Part shown: positions 42,581 to 58,047 of the stretch, piece after piece
How positions within the stretch are numbered: position 1 is the first letter of the stretch
Layout: the number at the start of each line of letters is the position of its first letter
Origin: Chrysomallon squamiferum
Taxonomy: Eukaryota > Animalia > Mollusca
NCBI GenBank assembly: GCA_012295275.1
Contig: CM022668.1
Location: 15,128,001 to 15,192,000 of the forward strand
Length of the DNA: 64,000 nt
Reading direction: 5' to 3'
The notes under the pieces: model-generated
Database searches by the model: none
Seen by the model: only the letters and a program-made list of their open reading frames with translations
What the model was told of the DNA's origin: nothing
Translations under genes and position numbers: made by a program

Positions 42581-43523
42581 ATGGAAGAAGAGTATATACT
42601 GGAAAGATACAAAAATAGATAGGTAGGTATATAGGTAGACAGATGATAGATAAATCGATAGATAGATAGACAGATATATAGATAGACAGATTATATGGAG
42701 AGACAAATAGAAAGACAGACAGTTTCAGTTTAGAAGAAAATTTGATAAAATACTTTTTGGGTGGCATTAAATAAAAAACATTCTCGCCTTCCATTTTCTA
42801 TTGAAGTTAACGTGATAAAAACACTGAACTAACCAATAAAACAGCAAGATTCGACATGACGGACATCTTAAAACGTTATGGGACGTCACAATACGTGATT
42901 TTTTTGTTTGTTGTATTATGTCAGTGACGTCATGCCTGCTTGTTGACGTAAAACAGCCTCTGTACGTGCAATAAACATTAAAATGTCAACTCATAAGACG
43001 TATGTTGTCGTTTCTGCCTTTATGCTTTATTACCACTTGCTGTGGTATCTGGTATACCTGTGGGTTATGATGTATAATTCTGAAACGTATATTTTCCTAT
43101 AATCTGATTATTACAACAACAAAAAAAAAAAACGAGTTTAATCCGTACCTGCTAATGTCAGGTATAAATGTCAAATCAGAAAACAACTGCGGTGAACTGT
43201 TTAACTCTCAAAAGCAAGAGGCGGGAAGCAAGAGCTCTTCTGGCTGGGAGGTAGGTGGGTAGGTTGGTTTCCGATACTGTAGGAACTCTTCAGGAGTGAA
43301 AACAGGTATTTTTTTTTTCCCTGAGAGCACGTGTCTTGGGGAGAGGTAAACATTGTTCGAATGTTGAGGCAACATTAACTGCAGTTCCAGCCAAAGCTCT
43401 TGCAGTCGGCTCCCGGTTTGCAAGAGAAACAAATCTAACAAGTTGTTCAAGCACCCACGTGTTTGTTATTTGTAGCTGTTTTATAAAGACTTTTTAGAAT
43501 GGCGTAGTGTAGGAATGTTAAAT

Positions 43524-43564
<41 letters not shown>

Positions 43565-44106
43565 TAGCGTGTTCATGTGAATATCTCACTGGCAGTCTGT
43601 ATGACAGTCGGTCTGTCTGTCTGTTTGAAATTCTGCGTCTGCTTTTTTGATTTTTTAATCGTTTACCTCTCATCCACAACTGCTTTGCTAATCAAATTCT
43701 CTCCTTACGTTTGTTCCTATCTACAACCCCTTTGTCTGTCTTTTTCTACAAACGTATCTGTCTGTCTATCTATCTACCTGTCGGTCTTTCCATTAGTCTA
43801 CATATTTGTCTGTCTGTCTATTTCTCTGTATGTATGAACGCAATTACGTATATATGTGTGTATGAATATATGTATATAAAATTTAACATGTATATATGTA
43901 TGTAGGTACGTATATATGCATGCATGTATATGTATATGTGTATATGAATGTTTGCATATTTGTACGTCTGAATGAATGTATGTTTCTATGTATGTATGTA
44001 TTCATGTATGTATGTATCATTTTAATATATAGATATATGTGTGTGTGTGTGTATATGTATGTTTGTATGTTTGTATGTTTGTATGTATTTATGTATAATG
44101 TGTATG

Positions 44107-44140
<34 letters not shown>

Positions 44141-45409
44141 TATATGAATGTATTTATGAATGTATATAATCCGGTCTCATATTTTTGGGAAGACGCTTTC
44201 TTTGCTCGTCATAATTTCATACATTCCTTCTTTCTTTCCTTCTATCCCTGTTTCTTACGTTCGTTCATTCTTTCAAGTATTTATTTATTTATTTATTCTT
44301 TCTTTTCAAATCCTTCTCAACACTGCACGTCTTCCTCTACATTTTTCTGCAATTGTTTCTAACTTATTTTTATTGATGATTGTAGAAAGCGTTTTGCATG
44401 ATGAGAGAACTTCATGCTATCAATGGCATCATCATTTTATCAAACGCCAAAATCAAACCAAGCTATCGCATGGCGCCAAAAGAATTCTGAGATGTGTTGG
44501 GAATTTCAACAAATATGTTTCTACTAAAAAAAAAAAAAAAAAAAAAAATAAAAAAAAAAAAAAAAAAAAAAAATATAAAAAATGGGCAATAAAAATGGAG
44601 GAGAGGAAGAGAAAAGGAAAGAAAACAAACTGAAGAAATATGTATAAATAATTATGAAATGAAAAAGGGCGAGAGAGAGAAAAAAAAAAAAAAAAAAACG
44701 AGAGATAAAGATAAAGAATGACTGACATCTTACATTTTAATTTCCTCGTTCTCATCCTTCGTATATATACTAAACTTTTCTATTGATGAATTATATATAA
44801 ATATAAAAATATATAAATTAGAATCTTTATTTATTTATTTATTTTATTTAATTTATTATATATATATAAATTTAAATCAAGGAGTGTGTGTGTGTATAAA
44901 CATATATATATAAAATAAAATATTATACAATAAATAATAATAAGTATAAAAGTAAAATAATTATACAGATAAATAATAATAGTAATAATAGTAGTATATG
45001 TAGTAGTAGTAGTAGAAGTAGAACTAAATAAATAAATAGAAAAAAACAAACAAAATAAACTTAAATAAAAAATATCGAAATATGTTGCAGAATATATTTG
45101 TTTCCTTTAATGATTTTAATTTTTTTTTGTTTTTTTTTGTTTCGTTGTTGGTTTTGTTTTGTTTTGTTGTTTTTGTTTCTTTTGTGTTTATTTTATGTGT
45201 GTTTACACGATTAAAAAATTGATCAGTACGTAAACAGATGCACTACATAAATCTTGATGAATTTTCAACGGCAACTGTAGAACCGACATAAATAAATCAA
45301 TACAAATTAACGGATGTTAAAATGATCACTATGAAAGAAAGAAAAAACGAGAGCGAGAGAAAAAAAAAAACAGAAATTACAAAAACAAATGTAGTGTTAT
45401 TATTATTTA

Positions 45410-45880
45410 TATTAGTCTAGTAATAGTCATTATAGTGGTTGTAATAGTCGCAGTAGTAGTTATAATAGTGATAGCGATAGTGGTTATGATTGCAATAGTA
45501 ACAACAATTATAATAGTTGTAGTATTATCAGTTATAGTACTAACAGTACTTATAATAGTCGTTGTTGTATTAGTTATGGTTGCATTAGTAGTAATAGTAA
45601 TAAGTGTAGTAGCGGTAGTAGTAACTATGGTAGCAGTAGTAATACGAGATAGAACAGCTGCAGTAGTCGTAGCAGCAGCAGTAGTAGTAATAGTTATAAT
45701 AGCTGTATTAGTCGTAATAGTTACAGTGGCAATAGTAGTAATAGTTGCAATAAGTCTAGTAGTGATAGTAGTAATTATGGTAGTAGTAGTTGTAAAAGAT
45801 ATAATAGTTGTACTAGTAATAGTAGTAATAGTAGTCGTAGTTGTAACAGTAATCGATACAGTAGCATAGTGGTTGTAGTT
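45410..45880. repeat. Old degenerate (GTA/ATA)n trinucleotide field
   Basis: 3-bp periodicity that yields the poly-V/I and poly-T/I pseudo-ORFs. Confidence 0.88.
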
Positions 45881-46397
45881 AAGGGAGAAGCAGAAGATCA
45901 CAAAATAATAAACAAACAAACAAACAAACAAAACAAATAAATGTGTGTGTGCGCGCGCACGCGTTTTTGTGTGTGTGTCTGTGTGCATAAAAGAAACCGA
46001 TCTTATCAGGTAGAAAAAAAATATATATGTAGAAGAAGAGAAATGTGTTTTCAACACATTTTAAATTTAACAAGCCACTGAAGTGAAATATCCATTGCTT
46101 GAAACGAACGCGGTATCACGGTATCACTTTATCAAAATTAAAATGTTCAGGTTTGGGGTTTTTTCCGGGTTTTTTTATGTCTTTTTTTTTTGTCTTGTTT
46201 TTCTGTTGTTGTTTTTTTCTAGATAAAAAGTGGAGGAAGACGATGGAATCTTGTAAATGAAGAAAACTAAAAGGAAAGGAAAGATATAACGTTTTTTTTT
46301 TTACGAATAAATATTGTTTACAGCTGTAGGACCGTTACATAAATTTGAGTCAGAATGCACGAATTGTCAGTTTGTTTTTGTGTATGTAAATAAATTA

Positions 46398-46710
46398 ATG
46401 TATGTATGTATGTATGTATGTATGTATCGATGTATGTATTGTATGTATGTATGTATGTGTGTGTATGTGTATATGTGTGTGTGTGTATGTATGTATGTGT
46501 GTATATGTATGTATGTGTGTGTATGTGTATATGTGTGTATATGTATGTGTGTGTGTGTGTGTATGTATGTATGTGTGTGTGTATGTGTGTATGTATGTGT
46601 GTGTGTGTCTGTGTCTGTATGTGTGTGTATGTGTGTGTATGTGTATATGTGTGTGTATGTATGTCTGTATGTGTGTGTATGTGTATATGTGGGTGTATGT
46701 ATGTATGTAG
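46398..46710. repeat. (ATGT)n/(GT)n compound microsatellite
   Basis: Directly visible. Confidence 0.95.
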
Positions 46711-47030
46711 CCTATGCATGTTAATATGACTGGCTATATGTGTAAGTATGTAGGTGTGTATGTCTATGTTCTTTCAACAACAAAAAAATAATGAAAAAAC
46801 ATACTGTCTACTTCAGTATGAACGTTTTATTGGGTTTTTTCCCCGTTTTCTGTGTGTGTGTATGTCTGTGTGTGTTTAAAATTAAATGCATTATGCAGAT
46901 AAATTATAACAGAGTTATGTGAATGAAAAAAGTGTTATCATTCCGTATTTAAGCTCCGTGCAGTTCAGATGGGTGTTAAAGAATAATTATGAAAATGTTT
47001 AAAAAGAAGATGGAAAAAAACTTCAGAATA

Positions 47031-47081
<51 letters not shown>

Positions 47082-47654
47082 ACAAACAAAAATAAATAAA
47101 TAAACACATAAATACATAAGTAAATATATAAATAAGTAAAACAAATAGTAACTCCAGTATACATTCGTAGTCACTGTGTTTAATGTTACCACTGCTTCTG
47201 TAGTCAAATGCACTTAACATTGCAATAAATTTCGTTTAAACCACCTGTCGCAAGACATTCCACAAAATAAATCGAGCATTCCGTTATTTAAATAAAACAT
47301 GCCAGTGAGCAAACGATGCCTTGAAGTAAATTAATTTCAAAAGCGAACTGAAGTTAATATATTCTCTCAGAAATTACGGAAGTTTTGCATATTTCGTTTC
47401 GCATCAATAAAACATTTCAATTTTTTGTTTTTCTTTTTGCGTTTCTAATAAGAGAAGGAGCCAGTTTAACTTGTAGAGATGTAAGCTAATCGAAAGTCAA
47501 CGACACGCATCGGTAAAGTTCGTTAATTTACGGCGTACGGAAGCGATGTGATATTTACCATTTCTGACGTACCTGTAACGAAAGTGGTTAAAATATTTAA
47601 GAATATCTTTTGATGTTTTTGTTTGTTTTATCTTTTCTGTTTTTTTGTTGTTTT

Positions 47655-48023
<369 letters not shown>

Positions 48024-48448
48024 TACACACACGTATACCATCACATATTTACAGAGATACTGATTTGATTTCGGTCTGTTTCAAAAAGCATTATCATCGC
48101 CAGAACAGAAATTACGTTCAAAACATATTTTCACACCAGGAACGTGTTCAGTCTTCGGTTTTTCTTAAATAAAACAGTAATATTTTAACATGCGCTTCTG
48201 CTGAATGCATTCTCGCCAGAGTTAACAGGCATTTAACACCATGCTGATATTACAGAACACGATGCAACAAGTGCACAAATATGCACACCACTGTTTCTTT
48301 TGCACATGTTCAATATTTCTCGGCAGGCGAGTAGTCAAATTCGCATTTAATAGCTACGGCATTCGCCATAATGCGCGTGGTTTTCTTTGATGCTACGCCA
48401 AAACGTGCTTACGTTATTTAACCCATGCATTCGCGGTCGTGTCCCAGT

Positions 48449-48494
48449 CTATAAATAAGACTCTTGCGTCCATTTATGGACAATAAAATGGCGG
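48449..48494. promoter_or_regulatory. MEF2/TATA-like + CArG (SRF) + YY1-like motif cluster
   Basis: CTATAAATAA 48449-58 matches YTAW4TAR; CCATTTATGG 48470-79 matches CC(A/T)6GG; AAAATGGCGG 48485-94. Confidence 0.45.
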
Positions 48495-48859
48495 CAAAGT
48501 ACCAAGGGGAAGATAATTACGAATGACGCTGCTGGAATACCGCTGAGTTAATGTTCTTTAGAACGAGCCTCTTCGGGTGTTTACGTAATGAACCGGTAAT
48601 TAATTGTAATAACATGCACGGGTTAACAAATTCAGTATGAATTGTATTATCTGATTTTCACATTTTTGAATATTTCTGGTTAATTATTGAGATAAATAAG
48701 TATAAGGAATCGTTGTCGTGGTTGTTGACGTCATTATCATTGTTATATTTAATTAGTGTTAATTATTTCTCATCGTTCTAAGTGACTTTTCAATAATAAT
48801 AATAATAATAATAATAACAATCATAATCATAATCAGTAGCAGCAACAGAAGCACTTTCT

Positions 48860-49072
48860 TTATCATCATCATCATACTATTATTACTAATACTGTTATTA
48901 CTATTATTATTATTACTATCACTACTACTACTATTATTATTATTATTACTACTACTTCTACTATTACTATTACTATTATTATTACAATTATTATTACCAT
49001 TACTATTATTATTAATATTATTATTACTATGATTTCTATTATTACTATTACTATTACTATTATTACTACTGC

Positions 49073-49130
<58 letters not shown>
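48860..49130. repeat. (ATT/ACT)n microsatellite field
   Basis: Directly visible. Confidence 0.94.
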
Positions 49131-49131
<1 letters not shown>

Positions 49132-49566
49132 TGCTCTTTCCAACAAAGATCACAACCACAAACCTGGCATTTTCGCAGATCACAGCAACCCGGACTGCAA
49201 TTCGAGCGAACCATTTAGCATTTCAAACACACATAGGAAACCCGTGATCTTTCGGAGGTGACTGTAAAACAAACAAAAGCACGAGGTGTCTGGGACGCCA
49301 TTTGCAGCCGTAGAGCAGATAAATTTCATATTTGATTTACTGAGTTTTCCCCTGGCAGTCTGCCTTTCTCGTTTTGTCGGCGACGATGTTGTTACGTTTT
49401 GATGTTTACCTTTGACAAATGGAAACATCTTTTTCTAGTCATGTATTGTTTTATCGTGTAGAGCGTAAATGATCTAGAGGTGACGATGGCAAAGATGAAG
49501 ATGAAGATGATGATGACGATAAAAGTAGTTCTACTAGAAATAGACATAATAATAATAATAAATGAA

Positions 49567-49621
<55 letters not shown>

Positions 49622-50250
49622 ATTATGTATGGCTTATTTTGAGATGAAGGCAAACTATTTTTCTATTTTTAATACACAAACACACACACACACACACACA
49701 CACACAACCACATAACACATACACATATATCCACACAAAACAATATAGGTATGTATGTATGTATGTATGTATGTATGTATGTATGTATGTATGTATGTAT
49801 GTATGTGTGTGTATGTATGTATGTATTTATGCACGTATGTATGTAAATATGTATATATGTATTATATTTTTTTTTTATGCATGTATGTACGCATGTTATA
49901 CTATTTTAGTGATTACATCGTGTAATTGATAAATCAAAATTTCCTCAGCATGTTTCATCTGGTCTACAGTACCGCTGTTCATTGTCATAAAGATCTGGTT
50001 ACGGTAGTTAAAATCACGAAACATTTTGTTAGAATATTTTATTACCTTCGTCTTGCAACTTTCCGTCAATACACTCGTGTTTCCTTGACCATGTTTGCTG
50101 TGGCTTGGTACACAAGTGTTAACAGTTAAACTGACAGAAAAGAAAAAAAAAAAAAAAAGAAGAATACAAAAACTACAGCGAGGTCTGCTTTACCAATTAG
50201 CAACAAGATAGATTTTAAGAAAGACGTTATGACGTATACAGCATTCCATA

Positions 50251-50285
<35 letters not shown>

Positions 50286-51914
50286 CTCTTACTCGGCCGT
50301 TAAGATTTGGCTGGAAAAGAAAGTGACTCAGACTACGAACTTAATATTTTTTTTTACGACTCTTTAAGTATCCATCATACACTGTTCTGATCTTTGATTA
50401 TTGTTAACGTCCAGTTAAACCGTTTCTGGCAAGCCGCCCTACCTTGAACGAGCGAGCGAACGTAGATCTGTATAATATGTAAAGAATGATATCTCCGTCA
50501 AACACCCAATCAAGGGAAAATAAACACCATTGTCTGTTTGTTTGTGATCTGTCAGATCACTTAATAGAGTGCTGAATGATGAAGTTTGTGGCGTTCTTCC
50601 AGCTCAGGAGCGCCGAGGCAAACGGTGGAATAATACGAAACAGAATTGTATCCGCCATGCCCGGGTTCGCATGGGTCGTTTGCAGACGACAGTTGTCGAT
50701 GTTATTATTCTTTTCTGTGGGGATTTTTTTTTTTTTTTTTTCCTTCACTGTAATTTACAAGTCATGTAGGACATGCTATTCTTCTAGCAGATAAGTATGG
50801 AAACAGAAGAATGCCTTGTTTGAAAGAACCAATTGTTTGGCGTAGACGTTCGGTTGTCTTTTCTTGACATAGTCGTCGTTTGGAGAAACAACTTTTTTTT
50901 TGATTTTTCAGTACTTTCTGAATGGACACAAATGGACACATCGTAATTTAAGATTCGATGAAATTTGACTATGTACACTTGCTTTATCGTGTGCTTTATA
51001 TAAAATAATTTATTAGTATGTAAAACTCCTCCCCACTACCATTAAAAAAAAAAAATAATAAAAAAATAAAAAATAAAAATAATAATAGAAAATTAATAAA
51101 AAAAAACAAAAAAAAAAAACACAACGTACAAAAACAACAACAACAACAAAAAGAAGAAGAACAAAAATTCCGACACTACTGGACACTATAGTTAATAATG
51201 ATCACAAAAGTTTAATATCGAAAATTGACAATAATATTCAGTGTAACGCACAGTTTTAACTTTTGCAATAGTGGTTTTCTATATACATTTAAAAATGTTC
51301 ATTCAGTTGTATTAAATATTTGTATGCTTCCCTTCACATAACAACAAAAGTAATACGCACAGACACGCACACACACATACATACATACATACATAAAGAC
51401 ACACACACACAGACACATACTCACACACAGACACATGCTCACACACAGTTGAATAAGCAGACAGTTAAAAGCTTCAGAAGACAAATTAAACATGGTTTAA
51501 ACATTTTGACACTTTCTGGACATGAATACTGCATTAACAGAAAGAAAAAAAAACTTATTTTTTTATTTTAAAAAAAAAAAAAGAAGAAAAATAAATAAAT
51601 TAAAAAAAAAAAAAGACCTCCCTTGATTTCTACACATTATCTTCAACCTTTCTGTCAATGTTTCTCTCTCTCTCTTATCATTGTACAATTGTTGCTGTAG
51701 ACAGGTGATTTTAAATTGTTTTCTCTACAAATGTTGCTTATTTATTTTACAGTGAAAACCAGGACCCAGGATTCCATCTTGCAAGACTAATTAGCAGAAG
51801 ATGCCATTTTAATGAAAAAAGATTACATTATGCAGGAGGTTTGCTGCATCAGTTTCTTTTCCTGTCAGCAGCGAAGATAAAACTCGGTTCTCATTTCCAG
51901 AAAGAGAGGTAAAC

Positions 51915-52480
51915 AATTAAACAGAGGAATTAAGTTTTATTCACAGATTCCATGAACTGATGATAAATTTCAGACTGACAGTAGTACATTTTTGTTGTTG
52001 CTGCTGCTGCTGCTGTTGTTGTCTTGTCAATAATATTTTAATTTCTGTTGCCAGTTGTAGTAGAAGTAGCAGTAATATTATTGGTGCTATTAAACAAGGG
52101 AATTACGTTTTATATAGAGCTTGCATGAATTAATGATAAGTTTCTGACTGATAGTAGTTATGTTAATTGAATAATGTTTAATTATGTGCTGCATTATGTC
52201 ATATAAAAGAATAATGTTGCAGCATCAGTTTTGATCAAAGATGTAATCATTTTTTTTTTGACAATTGGATAGAAAAAGTAGCAGTATTATTACTGCTGCT
52301 ATTAAACAAAGGAATTAAGTATTTAGGAACAATGAGAAAAAAAGTTTCTGACCGTAGTCTACATTTAATTTTATGTTTGATTTGACTTAATATAAAAGAA
52401 TTAGTTTTGATCAAGCAGAATATAAATAAAAAGCTATATTTGACTTAAGAATTAATTGGAAGCAGAATATAAATAATATA
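51915..52480. repeat. Degenerate ~175-210-bp tandem repeat, 3 copies
   Basis: attaaaca..ggaatta(a/c)gt...ttt(c)..gac.g...gtagt recurs at about 51916, 52089 and 52301; copies 2 and 3 share an upstream agtagcagta(a/t)tatta..g.tgct. Confidence 0.8.
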
Positions 52481-53205
52481 TTTACATGTTTAAAAAATAT
52501 TGAAAATCTATGAAAATGCTTCATTTAAATAGTGGCTGTACATCAAGAGTTGGAACAACTAAAAATGTTTTATATGCTGCTGCCTTACAGTGATCTCAAA
52601 CTGACTGCAGTGGTTACATTTTATAACTTTTAATGTTCATTCCCCTAAACCGTTTACTCATCAAAATTCATTTTTTCGTTATTCTAAGCCTTTACTTATA
52701 CATGCCAGAGGTCCAAATACCTTCTGCAGTAGCAAACTTCACACTCCTCTCACAGAATGAATTCTAAACTTGTTAGTAACATAAATAAGCAGCAGTTATA
52801 AAACAATTATTGTTGCTGTTGTTGTTGTTATCATCATCATCATCATCATCGCCATCATCATCATCATTACTAATATCTATATGTGTATTATTATCTCTCC
52901 CACTGACCTTAAAGATATGAAGGTGTTTTTATTAATTTTCCATCTGAATAACTCAAAATATTTTCATTACCTGTGCAAATTAGTTTCCCGCTTGATGAGC
53001 TTGAAGTTTTTACATGAAGGTTGCTCGCTTATCTTTCTTACATAAGGAAACGCAGATGTTAAATATATAAGGAACCAGATATCACAAAGGTGCTATAGTA
53101 TTATGAGGTTTATTTCTTAAATTCAGTGTTTATAGGTAAACTGTCTGTTTGTTATTTAATATTTTATTATTTGTGTATTTATTATTATTTTTTTGTTCTT
53201 TATTA

Positions 53206-53286
<81 letters not shown>

Positions 53287-53569
53287 CTTGATTGCTTGAC
53301 GATTTGTTTATTTGTTTGCATGTTTGTTTGCTTATTTGTATATTTATATTTTTTTATATTCAATATTTTATTATTAATATTACTAACATTTATTTGGTTA
53401 TTTATTTTTGAGGGAGGAAATTACTTAAGACGACTGGATTATAACGTCATGAATCCGTTTCTAAGATGCTAATTATGACGTCATCTATAAACAAACATTA
53501 GTGTTGTGTCTTCTAGCCAAATATGGCCTTACAGTCCGTGAGTATAATTATATTTCTGCTCTATTCTGT

Positions 53570-53600
<31 letters not shown>

Positions 53601-53889
53601 TTGATGTTGATTGTTCGTTTGTTTGTTGATTCAGCTGCTTGTTTAGTTATTTACGTATTTGTTTACGTATTTATCAAGTAGACAAACGCGATCGTAATGT
53701 AGGATATATCTCGAGTTGATATATATATCTTTTCCATTAAGATCAGTTTCTGCTTTTGTTTGCTAATCCGTCTCGCTAGTTTTGAACCGAATAGGTGAGA
53801 TGTCTTAAAGATATTACAACTACAAGCTAAAATCGTTGATACTGAAGTCTGTATCTTAAATCTATACATGGTACATTTTATTATTTTTA

Positions 53890-53936
<47 letters not shown>

Positions 53937-56124
53937 TAATAATGTTATTATTATTATTATTAATTTATTTATATATTTATTTATTTTTAGTATTATCTTT
54001 CCTTATGCATGTAGAAACTAATATAACGCATTTAATTGAAGAAAATGTTTGTAACACCAACATCATCATCAACAACAACATCAACATCAACAACAACAAT
54101 AATAAAACTTTTAAAACTGATCTATTATATTACTAAAAAGACAAGAATGTAAATTAATGGAATCTTCTGAATCATTTCCCGTTCTAGCACCTGTTCCGCG
54201 AATATGCTTGCTGCTAATTTATAACCCGTTAACAACAACAACAACAAAAATAATAATTTTAAAAATTACTAATATAACAAGAATAACAAAAATAAAATAA
54301 TAATAATTATAATGATGATAATAATAATAATAGTAACAACAACAACAAAATTATAAAAATAATAATTTCAAAAAATGACCAATTAACAAAAACAACAATA
54401 ATAAAATAATGATAATAATAAATAATAATAATGATAATAATAATGATGATGACGATGATGAAGATGCTGGTTAGAACGGCTAACAGTTCATCGCAGGTGT
54501 TAAAGAGAATCGATCCTACAACTTAACGTGTTAACTAATTACGTGTTTACATAACGTGAAAATATGTAAAACAGGAGAGAAAATAAAATTGTAATGATAT
54601 AAAAAAAGAAAGAAAAAAAAAAAAGAAAAAAATCTTCTTAATCTTAAAAGCAGTCGTTTAATAGGTAATGTCTTTATCTTGTTTATTCAGAATAGGAACA
54701 TAAATATAAGGTAGGCTTAGTTCAAAATCGTAAAAGACATTTTAATAATATACAAACGTGACGTAGGAGTCGCTGTATGCTAAATAAACTACTAGAGATA
54801 AATAAATAAATAAAAAAATTAATAATAAAAAAATGAAAAATAAATAAAGAAATAAAATAAAAATAAAGAAATAAAAAATTCTGGAGTTATGATGCGAAGT
54901 TAATGTATCTGAAAGAAGGGAAAATGTTAATGTTGTCTCTAATCTTTCGCTGATATATCTTTAACTTATGCGTAGAGAAACTTTGAAAGTGATAATATTG
55001 ATAACGCAAAAGCAGTAACAACAACATTATCAACAGCAGAAATGGGTTATTAAGGACAAAAACAACTGAAACAACAACTGCAATAACAACAACGGTAACA
55101 ATAATAAATAAATAATAACAAAAATAAATACAAAAATAATGATAACGTGGTGATGATGATGTGAAATTACATCTTATTAAGACGATGATTGTAAATGTTG
55201 TAGTGGTTATGATGATGACTGTTAAACATATAAAATATTTTTTGTTGTAAGTGTAACCGAAAAATGTAGGTAAAACGTTTTTCTTTATGAATGAATGAAT
55301 GAATAAATAAGAAAATTAAAATAAAATAAAAGTAACAATTATGTATTTCTTATTTTATTTTCCTTTTTAACAATAAATAAATAAATAAATAAATAAAGTA
55401 ATAATAACAGCAACAATAATAACAGTAATGTGCAACAATAATAACTGATTAATAACGACAATAAAAAACAAAATGAAAAAAAAAAAAAGTACCACGAAAC
55501 TGCTTTTCACGTTTTCACAGTTTAAATCTATCTTCTTCGATATAGCTCGTTCCGTAGCCAGCCAAAACAATTCTCAATTTTTGATACACCGGTAATTTCC
55601 TTTAAGCTGTCTGCAATTTACCGTCCACACTTCTTTAATATAAACAGTTTACCGCTAAAATAAAACACACACCGCACTCTCTCTTTTTCTCCAGTCTTTC
55701 GCCACATGAATTCTGATAACAAACGATGTACACGAAAAACAGGGGACAAGCAGTTAACAGCACGAGCCGATCAAATATTTAAGAAAGAAAGGTGCTGGTA
55801 TTTGAAATTATGGAAGAAAAAAAAAAAAACGAAAGAGGTTAACCTCAGATGCAAGGGTTTTATTGTAAAGAAAAAAAATATATAATAATATATAAATATA
55901 TATATAAGGAGAAGGTAACTTAATGATGTTGATTATGATGAAGATGGTATTTAAAGAAATAGAAGGGAAGGTAGCATACATGATTTTTTTTTTATTATTA
56001 TTTTTTTTATTTTTTTTTTTTTTTTTATTTCGCCTTTCTATAATAGTTTAATCTGTAAAGCAGCAATTAAGCCTACTGCTTAAAATCAGTATCAAAATTA
56101 TTTTTTGTTGTTGTTGAGAAAAAA

Positions 56125-56175
<51 letters not shown>

Positions 56176-56544
56176 AAGATATTTAAAAACAAATTGAAAG
56201 CTCCTTTTTTGATGTAGACTTGAAGTACGCAGTTTAGTGGAAGAATGTCGTCGCCTGTGTTGATGACGTAATACAAATTACGTAACTGAGGAAAGAGATC
56301 CTAACAAGCACATTTCTGTTTTTTTTTTTGTTACTGAAACAGTTAAAACAGCGCCGGGTACGATCCAAGCACGCTGTGTTTGGCATGCAACATGTTACTT
56401 TGGAACTGTGCCAGAAATATATTTTCAAAACTTAAAAATATTTTAAAGTTTTGGAGTAACTTGTATACATCGAGAATAAAATCTACCAGATTAACACTTA
56501 GGTGTATTCTTAAAAACATACTTTTTAGACAAATATGTGTATAT

Positions 56545-56775
<231 letters not shown>

Positions 56776-57194
56776 GTTTTATATAGGTAAGTTGTAGGCA
56801 GATAGGCAAGCTGACAGATTTGTTGGCCTAAAAATCTGTACACAAATGAAAGTTTACTTACAATTAAAGCAGATATGACATTTAATAAAGAGTAGTGAAC
56901 ACTGACATGAACGGGAAATAGCTCAAAACTCACGCAAAGGATATAGTTAATTGTGCGACCAACCGGCCTGATACCCACTTGACCTTTGACATTTTGCCTG
57001 TGTCATATGACCTGTCATGCTCATAATGACAAATATAGAGCCGGTGCCTGGTGTGTATGTGGTACTTGAATTTGATTATCTGTGACAACAATATATAATG
57101 ATTAATGCGATCGTTTAGAACATGTCATTTGAATCAATTCCTCGCATTCATCGTATACTGGCCTGTCAAGTTTGTTCTGTGAAAAGGTTTAGTT

Positions 57195-57625
57195 CCAGTT
57201 GTCGCATTTATCGTATATAAAATTGTATTCAAAATACAGTTATTATTTATTTGTCGAATTCGTCAAATCAATATGCATCGGTGTGTAACTTGAGTTTGTC
57301 ATAAATTAAATCAAATTATATTCCAACTAATTTATAACTGTTGAGGTTAATTTTCAGTATATATTGGTCTAACTCGAGTTTGTCGTATATCAATTTTTTT
57401 TTAAATATATATATCGATATTAATTATTTTTTCTGTATAACTGGTGTTTGTCATGTATCAAATTTTATTCAAAATATATTTATCGATATTATTTATTTTT
57501 TTCAGTCTAACTCGTATTTGTCTATGTTAATTTTTATTCAACATAATTACCTAGGATAATATTTATTCAGTATATATATATATTGGTATATAACTCGTAT
57601 ATCAAATATTGTTCAACATATAACA
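57195..57625. repeat. Degenerate ~70-85-bp tandem repeat, about 5-6 copies
   Basis: Variants of TAACTCGAGTTTGTC..ATCAAATTTTATTCAA at about 57286, 57370, 57438, 57508 and 57591. Confidence 0.75.
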
Positions 57626-57701
57626 GTCTCATATATATGGTATTCACTACTCCAACTGGTAGAATCGTATCTGTTATATAAAAACAGTATTTGCTACTAT
57701 T

Positions 57702-58047
57702 CAGTGCTTCCAGTCTGTTATATATATATATATATATGCTTCCAGTCTATTACAATAATAACAGTGTTCCAGGCTGTTACTATAATAACAGTGCTAACTA
57801 CAATAACAGTGCTTCCAGGCTGTTACTATAATAACAGTGCTTCCAGGCTGTTACTATAATAACAGTGCTTCCAGGCTGTTACTACAATAACAGTGCTTCC
57901 AGGCTGTTACTACAATAACAGTGCTTCCAGTCTGCTACTACAATAACAGTGCTTCCAGGCTGCTACTATAACAACAGTGCTTCCAGTCTGCTACTATAAC
58001 AACAGTGCTTCCAGTCTGCTACTATAATAACAGTGCTTCCAGTCTGC
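57702..58047. repeat. 28-bp minisatellite, about 12 copies
   Basis: Unit AACAGTGCTTCCAG(G/T)CTG(T/C)TACTA(T/C)AA(T/C). Confidence 0.96.

Noticed and set aside
57702-58047. CRISPR array or iron-responsive elements (CAGTGC in every unit)
   Set aside because: No spacers; CAGTGC is not at the apex of a 5-bp stem with a C bulge, as the flanks pair for only 2 bp.
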